Shown in pieces: positions 47,423-61,925 of a stretch of 64,000 bases of DNA. This stretch comes from Podarcis vaucheri (lineage: Eukaryota). Numbering within the stretch: position 1 is the stretch's first letter; each line of letters starts with the position of its first letter. Under the pieces are notes generated by a model. That model ran no database searches. It was not told the DNA's origin and was given only the letters and a program-made list of their open reading frames with translations. The translations under genes and the position numbers were made by a program. The DNA is taken from assembly GCA_965113315.1 (NCBI GenBank), contig OZ220367.1, one strand, 5' to 3'.

Positions 47423-50400
47423 TAACAGGATTTTTATTTTTATTTTGCTATTTGCATTTTTTTTAAAAAAAGTACAAAATAAAAAAGTTGTCCAATGATT
47501 ACATAATCTACAGTTCCTTTCCAAATAAATAAATAAATAAGCAAGCAAGCAAGCAAGCTTACAAATTCACTAAGGCTGCAATTCTGAACCCTCAACTCCA
47601 GTGTTGATGGCTAGGTGGTTAGGGTGCTCCCCTCTCTGCTGATTTCTACCAGAAAAGTGATGGTTTAAATCTCCACTCAGCCATAACTCTGACTGGGTGA
47701 CATGGTCCTGTCTCTATCTCTAAACCTAACCTAGCTCATAGGGTGACTGAGAGGACAAAATGAGGATAATGAGTCAAAGGCATTTATTTGAGCTCTTTGA
47801 AAGAATAGCAAAATATAAACGAAATAAATCAACAAAGAGCAACAGTTAAATAACTGGGATGTATATTTATAATATCATTAGTATAAAATAGCCAGATGAA
47901 AACAGCCATATTGAGCTTATGATATCATGCCACTTAGCAAGAAGTGTCAATTCACACATCTAGTTTCAGACCTGTCACAAGTACATGTGAACCAGAAAGT
48001 GGTGGTGGAGGAAGAGAACTTTTATAAGGAATTACTTGCATCTTCATTTAAGCAGTGGCAGTCTAGCTAGCCAGTACTTAAGATGAAGTCCAAAGGCATA
48101 TCTAGCTCTGAATCCTGGAAGTCTGGGCAAAGAAGAACCCATGTTACATGCCAAATGATCAGAGGTGGCCAACTCAGTGCCTTTATCAGCCCCTGCCTGC
48201 ACAGCCAATTTGGGACAATGGGAGTTAGAATCCAACCTCATCATCAAAGTGGTTGATAAGAACCCATTGACTAACAACCACGGGAGCCTTCCCCCACCCC
48301 AAACCAGCAGCCATTCCTCTTGCTGCATTTCTCTAAAGTGTTCACTAAGGGAAGTGTCAGTTATAAGCCTGTCAGTTATCACCTCTGCAGAGGTTATTTG
48401 ATCAGTCATCGTTATAGAGTTAAGTGTTGATGCTAAGCATTCTGCAATATCTTTTGAATAACTCTGCAAGTGCCTGCTGGTGAACTGCCATATAAACAGC
48501 AGCTGCAGAATTATCTATCACCTTCCTTGCGGACACAAGCATCACAACTCTCTCTTTCCCTTTCCGTCTAATGTCATGCACTCTGAGCACAGTTGCCAAG
48601 ACAAAGTCAATATTATTTCTCAGCTGACCTTGCAAATTCAGGGCAGATGAATTATCCCCAAATGCACAAAGAATCAGAGAATCGCAGCTGTCACTCATAA
48701 GGTCCCTGGCCACCCCAACCATTTCTGGCACTTTGTTTTATTTGAGGCTAGAACATGGCAGATGAGCCCCCCGATGCTGATGCTGCCGCCGCCACAAAAA
48801 AAATATTGTGTACATAACTCAAGTTTTGAATACGCAGCTAGTTTGTGTCCATATGACAGGAATGGCCGCTGATATTCTTGGGCCTTTGTCAGATCAGACA
48901 AGACCTCACATTCAGTCTTCATACAGACCACAAAATTTTAACCACATATCTGAAGGCAGAGTTTGGTCTTGCTGTGGGTTTCTGATTACTGTGGTACCTT
49001 TAAGTCCATTAGTCTAGCATAAAAGGCACATCATTCTCAATTATTCTTGCAAAAAACGGAGGTCTGAAACCATGGGGATAACAACACCAACAACAACATT
49101 AGCAAATTATATAATGATGATGATTTATACCCTGCCTTTCCACTACAATTTGCAGAGCTTACAACAAACCATTCACTACAAAATCAAGTAAATAACAACA
49201 CACTATTTTGCCTGGGCTGAGGCTTAATTTTCATGTCCCTTACCAAATACTGACATTTAATTATTACCCAAGCCTTTGTGGTAGATTTTTGATAGCTATT
49301 GCAGCCTTGCACAGCAAAAGGGCTGAATCTAAGATTATAGGAGCGGATTATAGGAGCGACAATAAAACAGCCCATCAGGTTCATATCCCTTGCACCTTTC
49401 TTTGATACATGGCAACAGCATGTTACAAATTTATTTTTACTAGCCTCTCTGTGAAAACTCACTTGTGTTAGTTGCAAGTGTGCTAAAAGAAAAAAAGAAC
49501 TAACTTTTGGAAAGCCTTCCCATCTAAAAGAAAGGGCATAGTCACACCTCCTCTTCTGCTGCTGCTAAATATCTGCAAAATATCCCCTGTATAGAAACAA
49601 TACTTGTTTCAATTCTTTCATTAACCTGAATACATGTAAAAACACAGCAGTTAAATTTCTAATGTGAATTATCTGTGAGCTATATATTTTAGAAATGGAG
49701 TAGAAAAATGTGGTTACATACCACAGAGCTTTATTCATAATCTGGAATGTGCCAGTGTACAATTTGCTAATAAACATTTATAAGTCTTATGTAAAATACA
49801 AAACTATCTCTGCTTTCATTCCTACATGATATTCTAAGCTGGGGACAGGCTACTAAAGCAGAGCAGATTATGCTACAGTTCAAGCATTCATACCCTCCAA
49901 TGAAATTTTTCATTAATTTATAGAATGAATGTATTGCTATTTTCTAATGTAGGATATTCATGAGTGAGTGGGCTTAGAAACACAGTTGGATGGCAACATT
50001 CTGATCTTAATGCACCAGATAACAAAACCCCTTAAGGCAATCAACATCAGTATTTCAATACATACATAACCATCGTTCTTCCTTAAACATATTATTTCTT
50101 TCGTCATTAGTATTTTGAATGAGGAAGGGAAGGAAATACAAATGGAAAAACATATATTTTCAAAGTGTACAGAAACTACCTTCACTGAATAAAAAAGCAT
50201 ATTTAATCCTTGATCCTAGATGGTGACTTGAAAGCATTTTTAACAATGAACAGAACACTTTTCAGGAGGAAAAATCACCAAGCAAAGTCTGCAGTTCTAC
50301 AGGAAATCATCATCATCACTATGTCTCCAAGCCAAATATTTTCTGGAAGGTGCATTCAAAGTTGCTTCCGAAAGAAAGACAGAGAGGTCCTCAATAAATA

Positions 50401-51387
50401 TGAGAGGACCTCTCTTCCTGATCAAATAGTGGAAGCACAGCCAAGTCCCATGCCATCCAATGAGTGCAAAGGAAGTTGGTCTGAGTTGAACGACCTATCT
50501 GTGCACTTATAGATGCATGTAAACAAAGATCACAGCAGCACAACACTTCTGAAATTTTGTTTAATCATTCTGCTGGTTAGCCCACCTATAACATTAAGAT
50601 AATAAGAAGTCTTGTGCAGAACTTCAGTATATATGCTGCTTGTCCCAACAAAGTGAAACATAAGAGCTGAAGAATCAGTTTTGAACACACCAATAAAATC
50701 ACACACAACAATGGCCTTGCTAGATCAGCAGTGCATCAGGCAGAGCTCTGATTGAACAATATGGAACATACCAGCTGCTAGATTCAGATATATTAGTAGA
50801 CTGAAGAACTTTGTTGCCTACTTTTCTATTCAAAGTAATTGAAATTAATTAAAAAGTCACAGATCATACAAATTATTCTAAAATTCAATTATATGTATTA
50901 AAAATCAACCAAAATACCCAACATCAGCTTAATGTTTAGGATAATAAAATAATATCACAGAACTAACAAATGCTCACAATAAATTGGCAATTAACCTAAA
51001 GGCCTTCCCAAATATGAAAAATTAAAAGGAAACAACCTGGTGTGCTCTAATGGTGGGTTCTGGGACATAGTGATTCTGTCTTAAGGTAACTGGCCTGATT
51101 GAGCTTACTGATGCATCCTCCATCATTTTTTCTCCACCTTAAAATTTGCAAACATATTTTTAAGCATCATACGTCTCCCATATGCTCTTTCAAAGGAAGT
51201 TGCCTTTGCATGTCTGCCTACTAAAATTCATGCACATGAGGGAGTTAACAGATAAATGAACCACTAGAAAATGCATCTTCTGCAAAGAGAGTCCTGCCTG
51301 GTTAATCATAATAGTTTCACTGTTGCTGCTGTTGTTTAAAAATGATAGCTCTGTCTTATTTTCCATAGAAACCCATAGTTGCAGTAC

Positions 51388-51521
51388 CTCATTAATAGCA
51401 AGCTGTTCTCCTCCTCCACCTGGGTGGCCATAACGATGGCTAGAACTTCGGAAGTCTTCATACAAGTCTTCTTCACTTCCCACATCATCACTGGTTTTCT
51501 CCAGTGATCCATCAGCAATGA
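51388..51521 (-). CDS. ARHGEF4: ARHGEF4 APC-binding-region exon: IADGSLEKTSDDVGSEEDLYEDFRSSSHRYGHPGGGGEQLAINE
   Basis: 134 nt, phase 1/0, tcttattttag acceptor, GAG|GTACTG donor; GGGGEQLAINE is the Asef APC-binding motif and joins in frame to the SH3 exon. Confidence 0.95.
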
Positions 51522-54500
51522 CTAAAATAAGAAACAAACAAAAAAATCAGGAATTGGCCAGATACAGAATGGAAGGAAGCACAGTAGGTTAGTGTGTTCA
51601 AAACAAGGTTATTATAAATGTAAATTTTCAGGCTATAAACAGACCAGGTCTAACAGAAAAGAGAAATAGACAGGACTTGTTGGAAATTATGAAGCTCAGC
51701 AATAGCCCTGCTTTATCTTGGAATGATACAGCTCACCTGTGGCCATAATTTTCCCTGCTTTCTTTGGTTCTGGTCTCAGTGGTCCCTAGCAAAGCCTATG
51801 GTTTGCATACAGAATTTCTCAAATTCAGTTCCTGGCATCTCCAAGAATGGTTGGGAAAGACCCATTTGAAATCCTTAAGAATTACTGCTAGTAAGTCCAA
51901 ACAATACTGGGTTAGATGGACCAGCAATACTCACTTGGTATAGGACATCTTTCTATGTTCCCTTAAGTGCTTAAAGGAAACAGGCTGCTGAAAGGGTGCT
52001 CAACAGCTCCTGTTTACAAGCCTTCACCTAGGCCTGGAACATCTGTCTGTTTTGATTGCTCTGCTTCAGCTCTCACCAAATCCTGCCTGGTTCTCTTTGC
52101 CTGTTGCCTCCATATTTGCCCTTGGCTCCTACTCACTGCAATCTTGCTATGTGCTGGGTGTATATATATATATTCTTATTTTTTTAGCTATTTGATTTCT
52201 TACCCATGCTTCACCATGAGGTGAAATACAATATTAAAGTCAGTTAAAACAAATTACAGTCATTTATAGATGATATTGCTTGTAAGTGATTGCAATAGCT
52301 CTCCACTAATGAACAGAGCATTTTCTGGTGGCAGACTTTGTCTGTACCCCAAACCACCATTTTGTGACTTTGGCTGGTAGATTCCAGTGCTCCAAGGGAC
52401 AGAAGTAGATCCTCTAAGCATGAAGTCTGCCTACCCATGAACTAGGTCAAAATCTTAGGGGGGAAATGCAGCAAACAAACCATTTGACTTAAGCTTTTGA
52501 GAATATAAATGATGGGAACAGGGAGGGGCAGAATGCCTCTTTAGACTAAAGTATTTCCTTCTAGGCTGTTTGTTCCCTTTTCCTCAGCACGACACTTTAT
52601 TGTTTCATCAAATGTTTCACTATACTTTTCCTTTACATGCCGCCTCTGCCTGTTCCATTACTGAACTCTATAATTTTCAGCTTCAAGACAAATCTCTCCC
52701 ATCATCTTTAAAGCTTTCTGGGTTTTTGTTTTGTTTTGCTCCTTCTCCCTGTCCCCTCCCCCAACTGATACATGATTTGCACTTAGATGAAAAAGTTGTG
52801 GTCTGCGTTAAAATGTACTCTGCTAAGCCCCCTTGTAACCTATAATCTGTGTCCTTGCCAAGCACACATTTGTTTGCCTAGCTTAACTCATGTTCAGGGA
52901 TCAGCAGCATGAGTTTTTCAGGGCAGTCTTGCAAAATGTTATTTTACCCTGTAATAGCTGCTCAAGCTTAGCAAAAGAAAGCAGCAGTGGCAGGTTTCTG
53001 CCAACTGTTCCACTGCTTGCGGCAACACCAAAGATGCAGTTCAAATGCCACATTGAAAATAAGTAAAAGAGAAGGATTTTCATTGCATTTATACAAATTA
53101 GAGCATCCAAAATGTCAAAGGCCCGAGAGAGAAACATTTTTAAAATGTAAGAAGAAAAGCTGCTGACTTATTTTTGAATTCCCAGAAATACTACCCTTAT
53201 GCCCCTGATACTTAAGTCATGGATCTAGAGAGCTGAGGCTGGGAAGACTTTTAACCCATTACATTACAAGAACAATCCTAAAGTTAATGGCAAATCTTCC
53301 ATTTATTTCAGTAGATTGGGATCACAACTATTTGCAGTGGAAGAGTAGTACTTGTTTAAACACACACAAACACAGTGAAATGAAAAACCAACAATAGTTT
53401 CTCATCAGTTTTATCAAGCGTTAAGTTTAAAGATCTTAATGCTTTCAAGCTGAGAAAAGTTCCTTGCATCTCCTCCTATACTTCATCTCCCTGGCTATGT
53501 ATTTACAACTCAACATCCAGAGTTTGCTACCTCAGTGTTATGTTACTCCCGGAATAACTAATCCCAGTATACACACAAAGTATTCCAGTGTGTTCAGACC
53601 ACATCAATTTGCTGAATCTCTTCAGCCAATCATAGGTCACTATGTTTCCCTATGCTACTGGCTTTCATCCACTAATCTTGCTAATGTAAATAAGACTTCA
53701 CCTGCAATGAAAGGGAGGTGACTCAAGACAAGAGCTCTTGATCTTACCAGTTGACCTTTTTTAAACCCCTCTGATTCATCCTTTGAACATGTATATACAT
53801 GAGGGGAAGAGGCTGAGCTCAATCACTGATACCCAGGGATACCTGATTGCGTAAACAAACAGGTCCTGACACACATCATGCCAGACCCTCATTTCTGCCT
53901 TCAGTCAGAGGCAATCACATCAATGCACATAGATCTATTAAAGCAGGCATGCTTTCTCTAAAATAGTTCCAGGGCTTGATGAATGTCAGAGGCTAAAGGG
54001 AACTATAGAAGCCAGGTATTGTGGTAGACATAGCAGTCCCCACCCTGCCACTAGCTTCCTAGCTGAGTGTGGAGTTCCTTGCATAGCTTCTGTTCTCCTC
54101 TTTGTGGTTAAAAATAAATAAAAAGAATCTACTTTTCTTTTACACCAATTAGATAGAATACACTTATAAGCTGCAGCCACACTCCAAAATACAGAAAGTC
54201 TTCTTACTGGTGTAGGGTCCAGGTTTTGAGGGGTCCCTAAGAAAGATTATCTTAGTGTCCCCGCTCTGAGGACCATCCCCTTCACATTGCTGCATGCTAC
54301 TTCTGCTCATTCACTTGCCCTCTTTCTCTGGGCCCTGAAGGCAACCCTGTACAGGGAGGTTTTTTAAGGTTTAATGTTTTATTATGTTTTTATTCATGTT
54401 AGAAGCCACCCAGAGTGGCTGGGGCAACCCAGTCAGATAGGAAGGGCATAGAAGGAGGAGGAGGAGGGACTGAAACTTAATTATGCCGTTACAGCTATTA

Positions 54501-57500
54501 CTATAATGATTGTAAATAGTACTACTGTGATGCACTTATGGCCGGTCAAGCAATGAATCACTTGACTTGAGTTTTATGGCATCTGTGAGTGTTTCATCTC
54601 AAAGAGTAACTTCAATTGCTGACCACTGCTTCCAGAAACTCTTCTAAATGAATGAAAGCTTCTAATAAGGTGCCTACACACAAGTCTTCTCATGCAGCAA
54701 AAGTGTGATGGACTGTGACTACTACTACTACTACTTGTTATTATTTCCAGAGGAAAAGCGCAAGGGAAGTAGAAGATGCTGGTCTGTCTCCTTACTCTTT
54801 TCCCTGGTTGTGTGTTAGATTGGGCAAGTGAACAGGCAGTGGCAGGAGGAGGAGAAACAGAATAGTCAAGAGGCTCCAGAGACTGACAGTGGACACACAA
54901 CCGCTGGAGAGTTGGCCTTGGCAGGTGCCAACAATGCCACCCCTAGCCCAGGGCCAACTTTGCTTCCTTATGTAGCTGACTTTTTTGTGAGCCTGACCAA
55001 CATACTGTGAAGAGGATCTCACCTTTGCCCCATAAAATATTCACATTACCCAAATATGCCTATTCACCATACCTCAAGTTCTTAGAGCATTGAAGGATCA
55101 AAACTGGATAGAGAACACAAAATGCAATACACAACACTTTTGCTCAGATATGTAGAGCTACACAGAATTTCAAAATGTGTAAACATTTCTTCCTACACAC
55201 ACACATAGCAATGTATTCAATGTTACCCCTACTACTCAGAGAAGACACACTGAAATTGATGGCCATGACTAAGTTAGGTCCATTATTTCAATGGGCCTAC
55301 TCTGAACAAAATTTAGTTGCATACAACCCATAGAGTCAGCCCAGTGAAACATGTCACTTTCAATTATTCTTGGTTTGAGAGCCAGGTAAAAAAGGTAAAA
55401 GCCCTCTCCTAATGTTTTTATCATAGCTGACCAAAGATGTTCTAGTCTGGAACTGAAATCTTTTAAAAGCTCTCTTATAAGTTTCTGCTTTTTCTTTCCA
55501 GTTCTCTCCTACCTCTGCTGTTCTTTGGCAGTAGAGTATACCGCCACAGTCCATTAATGGGTAGGCTTAATTGTCATGATCAAGCTGTCTGGGTGGTAAC
55601 CATAACAGTCTGTTCCCAAATATCCACTCAGAGCCTAAATATAGGCATCTTTTATCTTTCTACTTCTATTTTGCATCACACCATGTAAGCTGTTACAAAC
55701 GGTATTGTTCTTGACAACTGTACAGCTGTAAAATTTCAGCTATATTAGGAATAGTCATGTTTCTGTGGGTCATTAGCTTGTAGGAGCCTCTGAAAACTGC
55801 TCTCATGAGATCTTATCTCAACAACAGCCCATAACACAAATATTTCATATTTCAAGCATTCCTAGTGTATAAGCATTTGCACAATCATATTTAAAATGTT
55901 TACAAAAAAATTAAGCCTCTATCATATTGAAGGGAAAGGAGGAGGAGCAAAACAAAAGCTGGACACAGGATGAACCCAGCCATTTGTCCCAATGGCCACA
56001 TACAAGAAGAATGGACATCATAGCCAAACTAGTGCCTGTTTTATGAGATTCTAACTTTTGTGCTCAGTAGCACAAAAGTGAAGTGCTAACCAGGCCAAGG
56101 GCCAGGATTTGGTACAGACTGCATTAAGTTACTAACAATATTTACCCTAATACATAACACAAAAATAAGACGTTACAAACATACAGGATGCCACTAATGA
56201 AAACAGACAGCAAACAAGTGTAGATTTTGAGATGTGGGATTTGTCTGTTTCCTGTGCCCAGCAGGTGCCCTAATGCTAGAAGCAGGAAATCTTGCTTTTG
56301 CTCAACTATTTTGGCAATGTCTGCTTCTCTTTCCTGTAGAAACTTTGATGGCATTCATCAAAGCTTAGCAGAATTAAAGCACAACTCCACGTCTGTGATA
56401 TCCCTTTGTAATAAACAAATTCAGAGCTTGTTAGAACGACAAATGTTGCTTGGGGCTGTAATCCTTATCCAATTGAATTTTGTCACTGATTGCATTCAGG
56501 GCTGCATGAATCCTCATTAATACATAGTAACTTATTTTTAAAAATGAGCTTCTTCTCCGAATGTCACCTTGCATAAGTTCCCAAATGCCAACCATACAAA
56601 TGGATCAATCCAAGGAAGCGCAGTTATGGATTCCCAAGGAATGTGACATTTCCAAAATGATAAAAGTGTAAAATAATTATAGCTAAAAGGTAAATGTGGG
56701 GTGCCTTTTATATATTTTTTATATTTTTTTAAAAAGGTGAAGAGTTAAAAACCAACAAAGGGAATAGGTTTTGCAATCGTATCTGCTAGACCAATTATTT
56801 TGCTTTCCTGTCCCATCCCCTGAAGTATCAAAGTGAGACCGTACGAAAATGAACTTTGAAAAAAGGTACAAGGAAATCTGCTTGTTCTACAGATCCTTTT
56901 ACACTGAAACACAGCTGCAAAAGTGTTTCATAATATGTATGTGGAACACATGATAATAGAATGCACATGAAAAACAGGGTGGTGTATAGTGAATAAAATG
57001 TTGCATTTGAATTGGGCTGTCCTGGGTAGGGATGGAAGGATTTGTCAATTTGTTCTTTTAGTTTCTAATTTTTCCAATCTTAATTTCACTTATCCACATT
57101 TCTGCAGCTCATCAGCATTTTGGTGTGAATTTATCCTAATAAATATACTTTTGTATGCAGTTTTGACTAATGTATATATCTTTGCTAGCAATGTGCCCAA
57201 ATATAATGGATTTTGGTACGTTCTTTGCACAAATATATTTTTATGCACATTTTGCCATAATATAAACATATTTTTTTTTAGAACTAAACCACAAAATTCA
57301 AGCAAGTAAGAATTCTGAAGCATAGCTATGTTTTGGTTTGTGTGTTGTTTGGTAAGGGCCAGTTTAGTAGATTCACCTTTAAACATTAACTGAATCAATT
57401 TTCTGCTCCATTCATAATCCTGAGTATTTATTCCTGCTCAGCCATGAAGCTACAAACTGGAACTGGGCATGAGACAGGGAGAAAAAAAGGACTTGCCACA

Positions 57501-59835
57501 CACATTTTTGCTCCCTTTCAAAACTGCACAAATATGAAGAGGGCCCAGGGAAGCAGCTGCTGCAGGACTGTGTCTGTGAGGAGGTGAGGGGTGGAGCTGT
57601 AACTCCCAGTGGAAAGGGATTACATGCTAACATTTCTGTAGGAGAAGAATTTCTACCTGCACACAATTTAGGCCATATTTTGCTCATCCGAGAAACTTCG
57701 CTTTCATATTTAAAAATCATGTCACATTCCCTCATAGCTGTGCATAAAAATGGTCCCCGTATCAAGAAGTATTTTTTAAATTCCCATTATTTAATCAACA
57801 GTCCATTTTACTGCATCTAATAATTTTTGTACTTTTTATTTATGATATTTTTCTATGTTTGGGTTGAGGTATAAAAACTCTCTAAGCAGCAGTATTCAAC
57901 CATTTCAGTTCCTGAACTGAAATATTATCCTTAGGCTACATATTGCTTTTTATCTACTTTTAAGCTTTATCTCTTATGTTTGAGATTCTCCACTTTCTCT
58001 CTCCTCTCTTCCTTCTTCTAAAACCAACATGTCAAAAATTGTGGTGATAATACTGGTGTGATGCAATTGTTGGTCATGACACATTCGTTCAAAGGCCAAT
58101 TTTCTGTAACTAGAGATATGAATGGGGGGGATGCTTTTCTCCCCTTCCCCAATTTTCCCTGGGGTTTTCCAGCCTTCTACATCTCTATCTATGATCCATC
58201 AGGTCAAAGACCAATTTCCTATACAGTCCTGCTTATTCTGGTATCCCAAAAAGCTATATCTCTAGCAGAAGACACTAACAGAGTACACCCCATATAGTTA
58301 AAGCACATGACAGTGGGATAGATCAGCCTCTTTGGGAGGGAGGATTACCATAGTCTTTATTCACCCTCTTCGACCATGTGATTTCAATCAGAAAGGACAT
58401 CTGAGTTGGATGCTCCAAACCTTGACCACATGGCTTTACCAAGCCATCTTCGTGTTTCTAGACAAATGATTTAGAAACTTTTACCTTCTTGAAACTATGT
58501 TAAACTGCCTGTCTTTTCTTGCTGCTGTATGGAAAAGCACATGAATCTGCCTTTGAAGAGTTTGTAAGCAAACCATTTTAAATTATCAAACATGTGGTCT
58601 CTTTTTCTAAGCTAAGGGAAGTAAGTGAAGAAACTTAAAAGGGGATAATTTAAAGGTCTAACAAGCTATATCTCTACTCTTAACTTGTCTGCATGTTTTG
58701 TGACTCTAAATCTTTGCTGGGGCTCTCCCCAAGAGAGTATTTGTCTCAAACCCATATCTAGGCATCTAGGGAACTCTTTTACTCTTTTAAACCAATTACA
58801 AACAAACCATTAAATACCAACAATGATATCTCCCAGAGATTCCTGTAAACTGTAGTTTGTAAAGGATTCTGGGAAATGTAGTTCTGTTGTGGGTAAACTA
58901 TAGTTCCCAAAACTCTTTTTTGGGGAAGCCTTTTCTCCATCTCACTGGGCCAGTCTTATCTGTGCTGTGTTTGTGGCTTGATTTTTTTGCACATACATTT
59001 CTATCAAGAGCTCTAGTGACCCAAGAAGTGTGTCATTTTCTCTTATTTGTTACAGACCCCGCCATCTCCTTGGGAAAGAGTGGCTGTCAGTTTTCATTGT
59101 GTTCAGGCCAGTGACACTCAGATGAAATGCTTGCTGCTGTTTTTGTTTATCACAACAGAGAAACTCCCAAGGGAAAATAAACTGCAATGTCCCTCTCCTC
59201 ATAGCATCACACTACTCTGCTTTAACCCCAAAGGGACACTCAGAGTATATTGCCCTCCTTCTACTACTCTTTTTACATTTGATGGAGGTATATATAGAAA
59301 TACCTTGGCAAATTCTACCCTAATTCAGGTGTTTTTTAAAAAATCTAATTCATTGTTATTACCAACCCAGAACACTTAAAAAATGTAGGAACAGTTATTG
59401 CACTGGCATACCGCCACCAGCTGTTGCCCAAAATGACTCATGTCTCTAGTGTATGTTGATTAAAGTTCACTTCCTAGTCAAAAATGACCACATTTGAATA
59501 CTGGCTGTCAAATATTATTCGTGACAATAACACACAAATTTAAAAGCTTATTATTTAAGTTCTCCTGCCCTGCTAGGGAAAGTTAAGATGAGATGGCATC
59601 CATCCATCTCAAGAGACAACAGAGAAGTGTGCCCTTGGGGGTAATGTCAAACAGTTGGAGAGTTACAGCGCCTGCTGTGGCTGTAGAAAGCGATGCAGGA
59701 GAGACATGTTTTGTTGCAGCAGATGAAGGCATCTAGTTGTGCTGCTGCAGATGCATTTTTTCTCTCTGTGCTCCTCCCAGCTTTATCATCAATTTCAGAT
59801 GTAGAACTGCCTTGGGAAAAGTGCAGATTCCAATA

Positions 59836-60061
59836 CAGTGGTACCTCAGGTTACATACGCTTCAGGTTACAGACTCCGCTAACCCAGAAATAGTACCTCA
59901 AGTTAAGAACTTTGATTCAGGATGAGAACAGAAATCGGGCTCTGGCGATGTGGCAGCAGCAGGAGGCCCCATTAGCTAAAGTGGTGCTTCAGGTTAAGAA
60001 CAGTTTCAGGTTAAGAACAGACCTCCGGAACGAATTAAGTACTTAACCCGAGGTACCACTG
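59836..60061. mobile_element. MITE family A, copy 3
   Basis: Same TIRs and body as the 10689 and 47181 copies; TA on the left, CA on the right. Confidence 0.92.
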
Positions 60062-60233
60062 CATGGTGGCCATGCAAGAACAGCAGCCCTTATTGTTTTA
60101 CTATTCATATTTAGACTTTCAATATCATTTTAAGAAGAGGTATGACATATCTTATTTTTAAAAGTTAAGGCACCTGTGAACATTAAACACACACATACAC
60201 AAATTAATATTTAAATTTTAAATAGCCCGAAAA

Positions 60234-60540
60234 TAAGAATATAAGGACCTACTGGATGAAGCCAATGCCCCATCTAGTCCAGCATCCCATTCTCACAGTG
60301 GCCAACCAATGCCTGTGGAAGCCTGCAAACAGGACATAAATGCAAGAGCACTCTGCCCACCTGCAATGCCCAACTGGAATTCAGAGGCATACTACCTCTG
60401 GCAGTGGAATTAGAACATAGGCACAGTGGCTAGTAGCTGCTGAGAGCCTTATCGTCCTCAAATTTTTCCAGTCCTCTTTTAAAGCCAAGTTGGTGGCCAT
60501 CACTTCCTCCTGTTAGAACAAGTTCCATAGTTTTACTGCA
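60234..60540 (-). mobile_element. CR1 LINE 3' end
   Basis: Minus strand reads VKLWNLF*QEEVMATNL-like ORF2 C-terminus followed by a CR1 3' UTR; related fragments near 9700-9900 and 11780-11885. Confidence 0.75.
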
Positions 60541-61787
60541 AAAATGCCTTGACTCCATACTGGAATCTGTGCACTTCCCAAAGGGGCACCACACCTGAAA
60601 TCAAACATATAACTGAAATCTACAGTCCTGCAAGAGCTGACCTTGTCACAATTTGCAGTAAAACAAATAACCACACGACAATAACAGCAAAACTAAAGAA
60701 TTAAAACTTCAGGAGGTCCTATTAGAGATCTCCCACGTCACATCTGTTTCCACCAAGAATAAAGGCTTTCTAAACAAGCAGAGGATAGAAGAATCCAGTT
60801 CTTGACACTTAACTCCAGTGCTCAGCAATCTTGTGCCCCAGCACTTGTGCTGTTTATATTATTCTCAGGGCAACTGGCTGTTTTGCCAAAACATTTCAAA
60901 CAGAGCTTCAAAACTCTCTGTGTTATTTACTTTGGGTTTGAAATGGGGAAATCAAAGCTCGGGGCGCTAGGAGATTAAGATCTTCCATTAAAAACTTGCT
61001 GAAGCAATCTATATCTTGGAAACAGTAGGGCACAAAGTGCCAGCAAATTCTGAAGTCTGATCAGTCTGCAGAATGATTTTCAGAGTCATTGGAGAAGACA
61101 GCTCTCTGCATGCTCTGATGATTTAGGCCACAACTAAGCAGCCTTGCGCTCCGCTACATACCTTCATGTGTATGAACATGACAAATGATCTGAGTTATAA
61201 GAACGCTGCCACTTCCTGGAATCCTCCCACTTTTAATACCAATGCATAAAACGCAGGGACAGCAGAGCTTTTTGTGATATAATCCCAAAGCTGCTTAGGG
61301 GGCAAGATAAAATCAAATTGTCCCTGTGCATGTTCATTTTTATGCACAATAACATCTGGCATGCTGATGCCACAGCATATTAAGGTGACCTTGAGCATTA
61401 AAAGGCACAATAATCTTTTTTTAAAATGGAAAAAAGATGCCTTGCTGATGGACAGTTTACTGTTCCTAAATAACCTTATGAAAGTAGGGTGGAGGCAGAC
61501 CTTGATCTCCTTTCCTTGGATGCTGTAATGACTCACTGTAATATTTCTCCCCAAAGACCTTGCCAATGCACGACTGGGGACTTTCCATGCAATGCCAAAA
61601 CCTATTTCTCTCATATAATATCATTGCAGTCATCATACTATATGTCACTGGAGGACTCAAACCTTGGCTCCCGGCAGCAGGCCCCACCTTGCACCACCGG
61701 TGCAGCTTGCATACAGAGAGAACTACTTGCCTGAACTCTGTGACACTAGAGAACCATCACTGTAGCAGACCAGAGAGTGTAGTGCAC

Positions 61788-61925
61788 TAGAAATGGGGGA
61801 CCTGCAGCCCTTCAAAAGCTGTTGAACACGAACTCCCATCAGCTTCAGTCAGCATGGCCAACAGTCAGCGATGCGAGAAGTTGTAGTCCAGCAAAATCTG
61901 GAAGGCCGCAGGTTCCTCATTCCTG
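61788..61925. mobile_element. Old palindromic hAT-derived MITE (representative of many copies)
   Basis: Internal dyad ...aactcccatcagc...gagaagttgtagtccagcaaaatctggaaggccgcaggttcc; similar copies near 3925, 5707, 17760, 25130, 26465, 62170 and 62490. Confidence 0.6.

Noticed and set aside
7683-51521. Assignment to SPATA13 (Asef2) or ARHGEF9 (collybistin)
   Set aside because: [46 protein letters not shown] and the ISRLAPFRK end match ARHGEF4 best
53745-53800. ATG...CTG|GTAAGA candidate first exon
   Set aside because: The ATG frame ends in phase 2, incompatible with the phase-1 acceptor at 51521
54792-55022. Minus ORF with a hydrophobic stretch ending near an AGA|GTAAGG donor, considered as the upstream ARHGEF4 exon
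   Set aside because: No ATG start, and the frame needed for phase-1 joining to 51521 has a TAA; a non-coding exon cannot be excluded
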